Assembly (NCBI GenBank): GCA_965243135.1
Contig: OZ251539.1
Location: 4,608,001 to 4,672,000 of the forward strand
Origin: Alphaproteobacteria bacterium
Lineage (GTDB): Bacteria; Pseudomonadota; Alphaproteobacteria; MPNO01; UBA830
DNA length: 64,000 nucleotides
Direction: 5' to 3'
Both the position numbers and the translations under genes were made by a program. The number at the start of each line of letters is the position of its first letter. Position 1 is the stretch's first letter. Shown piece by piece: positions 29,764 through 38,326 of this stretch. The notes below the pieces were generated by a model. It made no database searches. It was not told where the DNA came from and was given only the letters and a program-made list of their open reading frames with translations.

Positions 29764-30771
29764 GTGACCGAAATCCCGAGCGCGGCAACGGACGCGGAAC
29801 GACCGGTCGCCGAGATCGAGGCCCTCGGTCGAAGGATGGACGCCGTCCGGCAGAACATCGGGCGCGTCATTTTCGGCCAGCGCGAGGCGGTCGACCAGAC
29901 GCTCATCACCATCCTCGCGGGCGGGCACGCGCTGTTCGTGGGCTATCCGGGGCTCGGCAAGACGCGGCTCGTGGAAACGCTGGGCGCAGTGCTGGGCCTC
30001 CAGTCGCGCCGCATCCAGTTCACCCCCGACCTGATGCCGCCGGATATCCTGGGATCCGAAGTTCTGGAAGAGGACGATTCCGGCCGCCGCTCGTTTCGTT
30101 TCATACGCGGCCCCGTGTTCAGCCAGCTTCTGATGGCCGACGAAATCAACCGCGCGAGCCCGCGCACCCAGTCGGCGCTCCTTCAGGCGATGCAGGAATA
30201 CCGCGTATCCGTCGCCGGACAGGACCACGTTCTCGACCCGCCGTTCCACGTGCTTGCAACCCAGAACCCCATCGAGCTCGAGGGAACCTATCCGCTGCCC
30301 GAGGCGCAGCTCGACCGTTTCCTGCTGCAGGTCGACATCGGCTATCCGGACGAGTCGGCGGAAAAGCAGATGTTGATCGCCACGACCGGCGTCGAACAGG
30401 CGAGCGCCGACCAGGTTCTGTCCGCGGCGGATCTCGTCGCGGCCCAGCGCCTCGTCCGCATGGTTCCGGTCGGCGATTCCGTGGTGACGGCGATCCTCAA
30501 GCTGGTCCGCGCAGGGCGCCCCGACGAGTCCGACGACCCGACGATTCGCGACAGCCTGTCCTGGGGTCCCGGACCGCGCGCAAGCCAGGCGTTGATGCTG
30601 GCGATCCGGGCGCGGGCGCTTCTGGACGGGAGATTCGCGCCCTCCGTCGACGACGTGATCGCCCTTGCCCCGTCCGTCCTGCGGCACCGCATGGCGTTGA
30701 CGTTCTCGGCGCGCGCCGACGGAATCACCATCGACCAAATCATCTCGCGCCTTTGCGGGCTGCTCGCGTGA
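29764..30771 (+). CDS. MoxR family AAA+ ATPase
   Basis: GYPGLGKT, RIQFTPDLMP, DEINRASPRTQSALL, ATQNPIE.EGTYPLPEAQLDRF. Confidence 0.96.
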   Translation: MTEIPSAATDAERPVAEIEALGRRMDAVRQNIGRVIFGQREAVDQTLITILAGGHALFVGYPGLGKTRLVETLGAVLGLQSRRIQFTPDLMPPDILGSEVLEEDDSGRRSFRFIRGPVFSQLLMADEINRASPRTQSALLQAMQEYRVSVAGQDHVLDPPFHVLATQNPIELEGTYPLPEAQLDRFLLQVDIGYPDESAEKQMLIATTGVEQASADQVLSAADLVAAQRLVRMVPVGDSVVTAILKLVRAGRPDESDDPTIRDSLSWGPGPRASQALMLAIRARALLDGRFAPSVDDVIALAPSVLRHRMALTFSARADGITIDQIISRLCGLLA

Positions 30772-31673
30772 AAACGCCCAGGCCCGCCGTCAACCCGACG
30801 TTGGCGCCGGCCAGGATCCGCCGCCGCGCCGAAGAAGCCGCATCTCATCTTCCGCCTCTGCTGGTCAAGGCGGAACGCGTCGCGACGATCGTCGCCCAAG
30901 GAGTCCACGGTCGCCGCCGGGCGGGAGTCGGCGACGCCTTCTGGCAATACCGCCGCTATCAGCCGGGGGATCCGGTGCAGAGCATCGACTGGCGCCAGTC
31001 GGCCAAGGCGCAGGTGGCCTATGTCCGCGAAAACGAGTGGGAAGCCGCCCAGAACGTCTATCTTTGGGTCGACCGGTCGCGGTCCATGAGCTGGCATTCC
31101 CACCCCGACCTGCCGACCAAAGCGGCGCGCGCGGCGGTGCTGACGCTGGCGCTCGCGTCGCTGCTGGTCCGGGGCGGAGAACGGATCGCCTTGCTCGGCG
31201 GGGGACGGCCCGCCACCGGCCGCGCCGTGCTTTCGCGCCTGGCGGTCGAGTTGTCCCGGGAGACCGGCGGGCAGCCCGGCCTGCCGTCCGTCGAAGGCCT
31301 GCGCCGTCACGGCCGGCTTGTCCTGGTCGGCGACATGCTGCATCCGGTGGAGGAAATAGAACCGGTCATTCGACGCTTTTCCGCGGACGGACACTGCGGC
31401 CACGTCGTTGAGATCCGCGATCCCGCGGAGGAAGCGCTCCCTTTCTCCGGACGCACGAGATTCGAAGGGCTCGAAGGGGAAGGAGCGGCGCTTCTCGGCC
31501 GCGTCGAATCCGTCCGCGGCGAATATGCCGGCCTCGTGGCGGCGAATCGCCGCGCGCTGGCCGACGCCTGCAGAGCGAACGGCTGGTCGTTTTCGCTCAA
31601 CCGGACGGACCAGCCCGTCGAACCCTCGCTGCTCGCGCTGCACATGACGCTGTCGGAGATGGAGCGCATGTAG
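30768..31673 (+). CDS. DUF58 (vWA-like) protein
   Basis: GVHGRRRAG.GD.FWQYR.YQPGD...IDWRQSAK, DRSRSM. Confidence 0.92.
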   Translation: MKTPRPAVNPTLAPARIRRRAEEAASHLPPLLVKAERVATIVAQGVHGRRRAGVGDAFWQYRRYQPGDPVQSIDWRQSAKAQVAYVRENEWEAAQNVYLWVDRSRSMSWHSHPDLPTKAARAAVLTLALASLLVRGGERIALLGGGRPATGRAVLSRLAVELSRETGGQPGLPSVEGLRRHGRLVLVGDMLHPVEEIEPVIRRFSADGHCGHVVEIRDPAEEALPFSGRTRFEGLEGEGAALLGRVESVRGEYAGLVAANRRALADACRANGWSFSLNRTDQPVEPSLLALHMTLSEMERM

Positions 31674-34385
31674 ATGCTGGAACTCGGCGGACTCGCCTTC
31701 TCCTCTCCATGGATGCTCGCGGCGCTGGCCGGGCTGCCGATCCTGTGGTGGCTGCTCCGCGTCACCCCGCCCTCGCCCCGTCTCGTCAGCTTCCCTCCCC
31801 TGCGCTTTCTCCTGGCGCTTCGTCCCGAAGAGGAAACGCCGGCGGCGACCCCGTGGTGGCTCATTCTCCTCCGCATCCTCATCGCCGCGCTCGTCATCCT
31901 CGCGCTTTCCCATCCGCTGCTGAATCCCGGCGTCCGGCTTTACGGATCCGGACCGGTCATCCTCGTCGTCGACAACGGCTGGCCGGCCGCGGCGGACTGG
32001 CCCGCGCGCCAGCGCAAGATCGACGAGCTCCTGGACCGGGCGGAACGCCAGAACAGGCCGGTTCATTTGATGGCGACGGCGGCCGAAGCGCCCGACGCGC
32101 CCATCGGCCCCAGCCGCCTGATGCGCGCCGCCGAGGCGAAGGCGCTAGCCGCGAACCTGTCGCCGAAGCCCTGGCCGACGGACCGGACCCAGGCGCTGAC
32201 CGCGGCGCGCTCGATCCGCGCGGACGGCCCTGCCCATGCGTTCTGGATCGCGGACGGCCTCGGCGGCGGCGAGTCGACGGAGAGGCTGGCGGAAGCGTTG
32301 CAATCCCTCGGCAACCTGACGGTGATCGAGCAACCCGCCGCGGCACGGGCGCGGCTGATCGGAACGCCGGTCGCGGAGGGCCAGGCGCTTTCCGTTCCCG
32401 TCTCGCGGGTGCCGTCGCCGGCCGAATCCCGGATCCGGTTGCGGGCCGTGTCGGAAGACGGACGGCTGATCGCCAGCGAAGACGCCCGGTTCGCCGAAAA
32501 CGCCGGAACCGCGATCGTCCGGATGGCGTTGCCCGCAGAGCTTCGCAACGAGATCGGACGACTCGAAATCGAAGGCGGCCGCAATGCGGGCGAAGTGTTC
32601 CTGATGGACGAACGATGGCGCCGCAGGCCGGTCGGCATCGTGTCCGGCGACGCGTCGGAAGCGGAGCAGCCTTTGCTGTCCTCGATCTATTACCTGGAGC
32701 GCGCGCTCGGCCCGTTCGCCGAAACGCGCCTTGGGAGCGTCTCGAAGCTGCTCGAGCGGGAGATCTCCATGATCGTGCTCGCCGACATCGGCAAGGTTCT
32801 GGAAACCGACGCGCGGTCCCTGGAGGATTGGATGTCGAACGGCGGCGTGACGCTTCGCTTCGCCGGCCCCAGACTCGCCAGCGGCGGCGACGATCTGATC
32901 CCGGTCCGGCTGCGCCGCGGCGGACGCGTTCTCGGCGGCGCCATGTCCTGGGCGGAACCGGCCCGGCTGCTTCCGTTCGAGGAAGCCAGCCCCTTCGCCG
33001 GACTGCCGACGCCACGAGACGTCCGCATCCGCCGTCAAGTTCTCGCCGAACCGGGGATCGACCTCAACCGCAAGACCTGGGCGCGGCTGGCGGACGGGAC
33101 GCCGCTGGTGACCGCGGAAGAGCGAGGAAGCGGCTGGCTCGTCCTCGTCCACACCACCGCGAACACTGATTGGTCGAACCTGCCGATCTCGGGCTTGTTC
33201 GTCGAGGTTCTGCGCCGCATCGTCGGCCTGAGCGCTGGCGTCGGCGGCGAAGACGGCGACGCCCTCCTGCCTCCTCTAATGACCCTGGACGGCTACGGGC
33301 GTCCCGGACCGCCTTCCGCCGACGCGATCAGCATTCCGGCGCGCGCGTTCGAGGATGCCCGGCCCTCGCCGGCCACGCCGCCGGGATACTACGGCCGCGA
33401 CAACGGCCGGCGGGCGCTCAACCTGGGGTCCAGCGCGGCGGACCTGGCGCCGATCGGAGAGCTTCCTTCCGGCGTGGAGCGCCGCGGCTTCTCCTCCAAG
33501 CCGTCGGTGGATTTCAAGCCGTGGCTGTTGCTCGCCGCTTTCGTTCTGGCGATGGCGGATCTCGTCGTCGGCCTCGCCCTTCGCGGATTGCTTCGCTTCG
33601 GAGCGGCCGGACTGGCGCTGCTCGCCGTCCTGCCGGAGCCCGCGCAGGCGGATCCTTCGGACGCGCGGGCGCTGGAGGCGACGCTGACGACGCGGCTCGC
33701 CTACGTGCGAACCGGAGACGCCCAGCTCGACCGCATGACGGTCGCCGGCCTCCGCGGGCTGTCGCGCGTCCTGGAGCGCCGGACTTCGGTCGAGCCGGGG
33801 GCGCCTCTGGCGGTCGACATCGAAACCGACGAGCTCGCCTTCTTCCCGTCGCTCTACTGGGCCGTCTCGCCGCGCCAGGCCGGACTGTCCGAGAACGCGC
33901 GCGACAAGTTGAACCAGTACCTCAAAGCCGGCGGTTCCGTTTTCTTCGACACCGGAGAGCAGGGCGGATTCCTGTCCGACGTTTCGGGAGGGGTCGGCTC
34001 GGCGGGGCTTCGTCTCCGGCAACTGCTGCAGGGACTCGACATACCGCCGCTAATCCGCGTGCCGCCGGACCACGTGCTGACCCGGGCCTTCTATCTTCTC
34101 GACGACTTTCCGGGGCGATGGGCCGGAGGCGCGGTCTGGGTCGAGCGGCGGGGCGGCCGCCACAACGACGGCGTTTCGTCGATTCTCGTCGGCTCCAACG
34201 ACTGGGCCGGGGCGTGGGCGGCGGACGAGGCGGGACGCCCCCTCGCGGCCGCGGTCCCGGGGGGCGAGCGCCAGCGGGAGTTCGCGTACCGCTTCGGCGT
34301 GAACTGGATCATGTACGTGCTGACCGGAAACTACAAGACCGATCAGGTGCACGTGCCCGCCATCGTCGAGAGATTGGGGCAATAG
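31674..34385 (+). CDS. BatA-domain / DUF4159 membrane protein
   Basis: N-terminal BatA-like P..WWLLR..PP....FP; C-terminal FFPSLYW, NDWAGAWA, LTGNYKTDQVHVP. Confidence 0.88.
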   Translation: MLELGGLAFSSPWMLAALAGLPILWWLLRVTPPSPRLVSFPPLRFLLALRPEEETPAATPWWLILLRILIAALVILALSHPLLNPGVRLYGSGPVILVVDNGWPAAADWPARQRKIDELLDRAERQNRPVHLMATAAEAPDAPIGPSRLMRAAEAKALAANLSPKPWPTDRTQALTAARSIRADGPAHAFWIADGLGGGESTERLAEALQSLGNLTVIEQPAAARARLIGTPVAEGQALSVPVSRVPSPAESRIRLRAVSEDGRLIASEDARFAENAGTAIVRMALPAELRNEIGRLEIEGGRNAGEVFLMDERWRRRPVGIVSGDASEAEQPLLSSIYYLERALGPFAETRLGSVSKLLEREISMIVLADIGKVLETDARSLEDWMSNGGVTLRFAGPRLASGGDDLIPVRLRRGGRVLGGAMSWAEPARLLPFEEASPFAGLPTPRDVRIRRQVLAEPGIDLNRKTWARLADGTPLVTAEERGSGWLVLVHTTANTDWSNLPISGLFVEVLRRIVGLSAGVGGEDGDALLPPLMTLDGYGRPGPPSADAISIPARAFEDARPSPATPPGYYGRDNGRRALNLGSSAADLAPIGELPSGVERRGFSSKPSVDFKPWLLLAAFVLAMADLVVGLALRGLLRFGAAGLALLAVLPEPAQADPSDARALEATLTTRLAYVRTGDAQLDRMTVAGLRGLSRVLERRTSVEPGAPLAVDIETDELAFFPSLYWAVSPRQAGLSENARDKLNQYLKAGGSVFFDTGEQGGFLSDVSGGVGSAGLRLRQLLQGLDIPPLIRVPPDHVLTRAFYLLDDFPGRWAGGAVWVERRGGRHNDGVSSILVGSNDWAGAWAADEAGRPLAAAVPGGERQREFAYRFGVNWIMYVLTGNYKTDQVHVPAIVERLGQ

Positions 34386-34386
34386 G

Positions 34387-36390
34387 GTGCTGAGCGTCGC
34401 CTTCGCGCCGATGTTCCCCTGGCCGGCGATCGGCGTCCTGGCCGCCGTCGCCGCGCTGCTCTTCGGGCTCCGCCCGCGAGCGCGGGGCGCCGGATGGCGG
34501 CTGGCGGCGGCGGCTGTGCTGCTGGCCGCGCTCGCCAACCCTTCCCTCGTCGAAGAAGAGCGCGTCGAAAACCCCGACGTGGTCGCCGTCGTCGTCGACG
34601 CGAGCGCGTCGCAGCGCGTCGGCTCGCGCCGGGAACAAACCGACGCCGCGCTGGCCGCGCTTGCGGAACGGCTTCGCGGCATGCGCGGGGTCGAGACGCG
34701 GATCGTCCGCGCCGGCAGCGGCCGGGACGGCACGAAGCTGTTCGACGCCGTGCAACGAACTTTCGCGAACGTGCCCCGGGACCGGATCGGCGGCACGTTC
34801 CTGATCACGGACGGCCAGGTGCACGACGCCGGCGACCCGCCGGTCCCGGGACCGGTCCACGCCCTGCTCAGCGGCTCGCCCGGCGAAATCGACCGCCGGC
34901 TGGAAATCGAGAACGCGCCGCGTTTCGGCCTCGTCGGCAAGTCGGTCGAAATCGACGTCCTGATCCGCGGCGGCGCCGGCGCGGCGCGAATCGCATTGAC
35001 CCAGGACGGAAAGCCGAAACGGACGGTTACCGCGCCTGTCGGACGCAGCCATCGGATTTCGCTCGATCTCGACCACGCAGGCGCGAACGTCCTTCAGCTG
35101 GAGGCCGAGCCCCTCGAGGGAGAGATCGCCCGCGTCAACAACCGCGCGGTGGTGCAGGTCAACGGCGTTCGCGAACGGCTTCGCGTTCTTCTCGTTTCCG
35201 GCGAACCTCACGCCGGAGAACGCGTGTGGCGCAACTTCCTGAAGGCGGACCCGTCGGTCGACCTCATCCACTTCACCATCCTCCGCCCGCCCAGGAAGCA
35301 GGATTCCACGCCGGTGCGCGAGCTGTCGCTGATCGCGTTTCCCACCCGGGAACTGTTCGACGAAAAGATCGCGGAGTTCGACCTTATCATCTTCGACCGC
35401 TACCGCCGCCGCGGCGTGCTGCCCGATCTCTATCTGGAGAACATCGTCCGTTACGTGGAGAACGGCGGCGCGTTCCTGACCGCGGTCGGACCGTCGTTCG
35501 CGACCGAACTCAGCCTTTTCGAAACGCCGCTCGGAAACATCCTGCCCGGCCGTCCCACGGGCCGGATTCTCAAGCGAGGCCTGCGGCCGCGCCTGTCGGA
35601 CTACGGCTTCCGCCACCCCGTCACCGCGGATCTGGCGGACGAAACGCGATGGGGCCGGTGGTTCCGTCAGATAGAAGCCGACGCTGGCCGCGGACGCGTG
35701 CTGATGAACGGCCCCGGCGACCGGCCCTTGCTGATCCTGGACCGGGTCGGCGACGGGAGGGTGGCCCAGCTGCTCAGCGACCACATCTGGCTCTGGGCCC
35801 GCGGCTTCGAGAACGGCGGCCCGCATTCGGAAATTCTGCGCCGCCTTGCGCACTGGCTCATGAAGGAGCCCGACCTGGAGGAAGAAGCCATCGGCGGCAA
35901 GGCCGAGGGCGGAGAACTCGTCATCGTCCGGCGAAGCGCGGCCGGCGAGTTCTCGGAGGTCACCGTCACGACGCCCTCCGGCGCGGTGCGGAAGGTGACT
36001 CTGAAAGCGGACGGACGGGGCCGGGCGCAGGCGTCGATTCCCGCGGAAGAGACCGGGCTCTACAGGCTGGAAGACGAAAGCAGCAGCGCCGTCACCGCCG
36101 TCGGCAATCCCAACCCGCGGGAATTTTCCGACATGCGGGCCACCGCCGAACCGCTCGCCGCCACGACCGCCGCCTCCGGCGGCGGCCTGCATTGGTTGAA
36201 GGACGGCTTTCCGGATTTGAGAAGGGTCCGCCCGGGCGCGACGGCGTCCGGCGAGCGCTGGATGGGCGTGGTGGCGAATCGCGACTACAGGGTCGCGAAC
36301 ATCCGGGAGATCCCGCTCCTGCCCGCGATCGCGGTGCTGATCCTCGGCCTCGGCGCGCTGCTCTGGGCCTGGCGCCGCGAAGGCGATTGA
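34387..36390 (+). CDS. Membrane protein with vWA-like and glutamine-amidotransferase-like domains (MoxR cluster)
   Basis: VVDASAS, ITDGQVHD, VSGEPH.GER.WRN.LK.DPSVDL.HFTILRPP, WLWARGFE.GGP. Confidence 0.85.
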   Translation: MLSVAFAPMFPWPAIGVLAAVAALLFGLRPRARGAGWRLAAAAVLLAALANPSLVEEERVENPDVVAVVVDASASQRVGSRREQTDAALAALAERLRGMRGVETRIVRAGSGRDGTKLFDAVQRTFANVPRDRIGGTFLITDGQVHDAGDPPVPGPVHALLSGSPGEIDRRLEIENAPRFGLVGKSVEIDVLIRGGAGAARIALTQDGKPKRTVTAPVGRSHRISLDLDHAGANVLQLEAEPLEGEIARVNNRAVVQVNGVRERLRVLLVSGEPHAGERVWRNFLKADPSVDLIHFTILRPPRKQDSTPVRELSLIAFPTRELFDEKIAEFDLIIFDRYRRRGVLPDLYLENIVRYVENGGAFLTAVGPSFATELSLFETPLGNILPGRPTGRILKRGLRPRLSDYGFRHPVTADLADETRWGRWFRQIEADAGRGRVLMNGPGDRPLLILDRVGDGRVAQLLSDHIWLWARGFENGGPHSEILRRLAHWLMKEPDLEEEAIGGKAEGGELVIVRRSAAGEFSEVTVTTPSGAVRKVTLKADGRGRAQASIPAEETGLYRLEDESSSAVTAVGNPNPREFSDMRATAEPLAATTAASGGGLHWLKDGFPDLRRVRPGATASGERWMGVVANRDYRVANIREIPLLPAIAVLILGLGALLWAWRREGD

Positions 36391-36410
36391 ACGCCGTCGG
36401 CGCCGGAGAC

Positions 36411-36566
36411 TTATTGGATGCCGAGACCGGCGCAGATGGACAGCACGAAGGACTGAACCAGGTAGACGTCGGCCACCGCGGGGACGGCGAGCGCGCCGAT
36501 CAGTAGCAAAGCTCCGATCAGCAGGTATTCCGGCCGCACGGTCGGCCTTTTGTCGTTTTCGGACAT
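36411..36566 (-). CDS. Small 51-aa membrane protein (below ORF-track cutoff)
   Basis: ATG at 36566 to TAA at 36411: MSENDKRPTVRPEYLLIGALLLIGALAVPAVADVYLVQSFVLSICAGLGIQ; GC-rich third codon positions. Confidence 0.6.
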   Translation of the reverse strand: MSENDKRPTVRPEYLLIGALLLIGALAVPAVADVYLVQSFVLSICAGLGIQ

Positions 36567-36702
36567 GACGCGAGATTAGCGCGTTCGGCAAAGAATTCAA
36601 TGACGGAATTCCGTCCGAGAACGACAGGAAACGGACGGCGGTGTTGCTATCGGCCGAAATACGGAATACAGTCCAGACAACGGTCGGCACACTGATTTTT
36701 CC

Positions 36703-37356
36703 ATGGATTCTGGAACGCAGATCACGGGGGACCCGGCGGCTCGTCCCGCGACGAAGAGAGAGCGGCGAGCGGCCAGCATCGATGCGCTCCTGACGGCCGC
36801 GTTGCGCCTGTTCATCACGCAGGGCTACCACGCCACCACGGTCGAGGAAATCGCGCAATCGGCCGGGCTGACGAAGGGCGCCGTGTATTTCTATTTCAGA
36901 AGCAAGGCGAACGTGCTTCGCGCGCTGCTCGACCGGACGGAGACGCTGACCGTCGCGCCGACCGTCGCCGCCATGGAGGCCGTCGGAAAGGAGCCGCGAG
37001 CGCGCCTCAACGCCTTCATCCGCACGCAGTCGGCGATCGGCGCCGAGAAAACGGAATACATGCTGCTCGCGATCCTGATGAGCGCCGAGTTCAACGGCTC
37101 GGGCGACGAAACCGAAACGAGGCTGCGGGAACTCATGGCGCGGATGGAGGACGCCCTGCGCGACACCGTGACGGCGGGACAGAAAAGTGGCATCTTCCGG
37201 CGCGGGATCGGAGCCGGCGAACTCGCCAGCGTCATCATGGCGACCAACAAGGGTTGCTACGTGGAATGGTACATGCGCCGCGGCGATCTCGACGGTCACG
37301 ACTTCGCGCGCGCCTTTCGGGATTTCGTGGTGAACGGCATCGTGGCGGAACGTTAG
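36703..37356 (+). CDS. TetR/AcrR family transcriptional regulator
   Basis: HTH: A.RLF..QGY.ATTVEEIAQSAGLTKGAVYFYF.SK. Confidence 0.95.
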   Translation: MDSGTQITGDPAARPATKRERRAASIDALLTAALRLFITQGYHATTVEEIAQSAGLTKGAVYFYFRSKANVLRALLDRTETLTVAPTVAAMEAVGKEPRARLNAFIRTQSAIGAEKTEYMLLAILMSAEFNGSGDETETRLRELMARMEDALRDTVTAGQKSGIFRRGIGAGELASVIMATNKGCYVEWYMRRGDLDGHDFARAFRDFVVNGIVAER

Positions 37357-37372
37357 AGAAGATGGAGCGAAC

Positions 37373-38314
37373 ATGACGATTCAACGGGAAGATCCGCGCG
37401 AACGCGCGCTGCAGGAACGCATCGCGGCCGGGCACGTGCTCGAAGACGCCGAGGAGATGACGCCGCGCTATCGGGACGTGCTGGTCAACACGATCCACAT
37501 CGCGGCCGACCTCGAGGTCGTCACGCTGCCCACTTACTCGCCCGCGATTCGCACGTCTCCCACCCTGGAAGACAAGATCGCCATCGCCGCCGCGTGCCAG
37601 GACGAACTCGGCCACGCCCAGATGATGTATCGGATTCTGGAGGATTTCGGCTACGACACGCACAACTTCCTGTTCGAGCGCGACCCCGAGGAGTGGCGCA
37701 CGTTTCAGATGCTCGAATTTCCGCACGAGGACTACATCGAATCGGTCGTGTCCATGTGCTACGGCGACCGCGCCGGCTACATAACGACCGTCGACCTCGA
37801 AGAGAACTGCTCCTACGCGCCGTTTTCGCGGTCGTTGCGCAAGGTGAACTACGAGGAGACGTTCCACGTCGGTCACGGCGAACGCTGGGTCCGCTTCTTC
37901 TGGAACCATTCGGAGGACGCGCGGCGGCGCGTCCAGGAAGCGGTCGATTTCTACTTTCCCCTGTGCGCCGCCTGGTTCGGACTGCCCGACGACCTCAAGA
38001 CGCGCACCGACCAGATCAGATACCGCATCCGCGGCGCCTCGAACGACGAAATGCGCCAGAAATGGCTGTCGCGGATCGTGCCGTTCTCCGAGGGCGTCGG
38101 GATCAAGGTGCCCGCGCATTTCGACGAGGACCGGGGCAAGTACGTGCTGGACTACGAGCCGCCGATCGCGCTGGACGAGGAATCCCGGAAATGGGACTAC
38201 GGAAAGCGGATATCCTGGGAGGAGCAGCTCCGGATATGGAAGAAGGGATCGAAGCACAAGGTGCCGTCGATCAACCGCGTGCTTTCCGAAGTCTGGGGCG
38301 ACGAACTCTGGTGA
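37373..38314 (+). CDS. PaaA-like ferritin-fold diiron oxygenase alpha subunit (divergent)
   Basis: Ligand pattern ADLE, QDELGH, GDRAG, EETFH; CSYAP; WFGLPDD; SNDEMRQ. Confidence 0.85.
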   Translation: MTIQREDPRERALQERIAAGHVLEDAEEMTPRYRDVLVNTIHIAADLEVVTLPTYSPAIRTSPTLEDKIAIAAACQDELGHAQMMYRILEDFGYDTHNFLFERDPEEWRTFQMLEFPHEDYIESVVSMCYGDRAGYITTVDLEENCSYAPFSRSLRKVNYEETFHVGHGERWVRFFWNHSEDARRRVQEAVDFYFPLCAAWFGLPDDLKTRTDQIRYRIRGASNDEMRQKWLSRIVPFSEGVGIKVPAHFDEDRGKYVLDYEPPIALDEESRKWDYGKRISWEEQLRIWKKGSKHKVPSINRVLSEVWGDELW

Positions 38315-38326
38315 GCCTCCGCCGCG

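Noticed and set aside
29174-36390. MoxR-DUF58-DUF4159-membrane protein cluster as a novel system
   Set aside because: A widespread conserved alphaproteobacterial cluster with the usual DUF1285-Nudix-cca neighbours; poorly understood but not unusual here
36665-36697. TetR operator upstream of tetR (CAGTCCAGACAACGGTCGGCACACTG)
   Set aside because: Only weak dyad symmetry; insufficient to call
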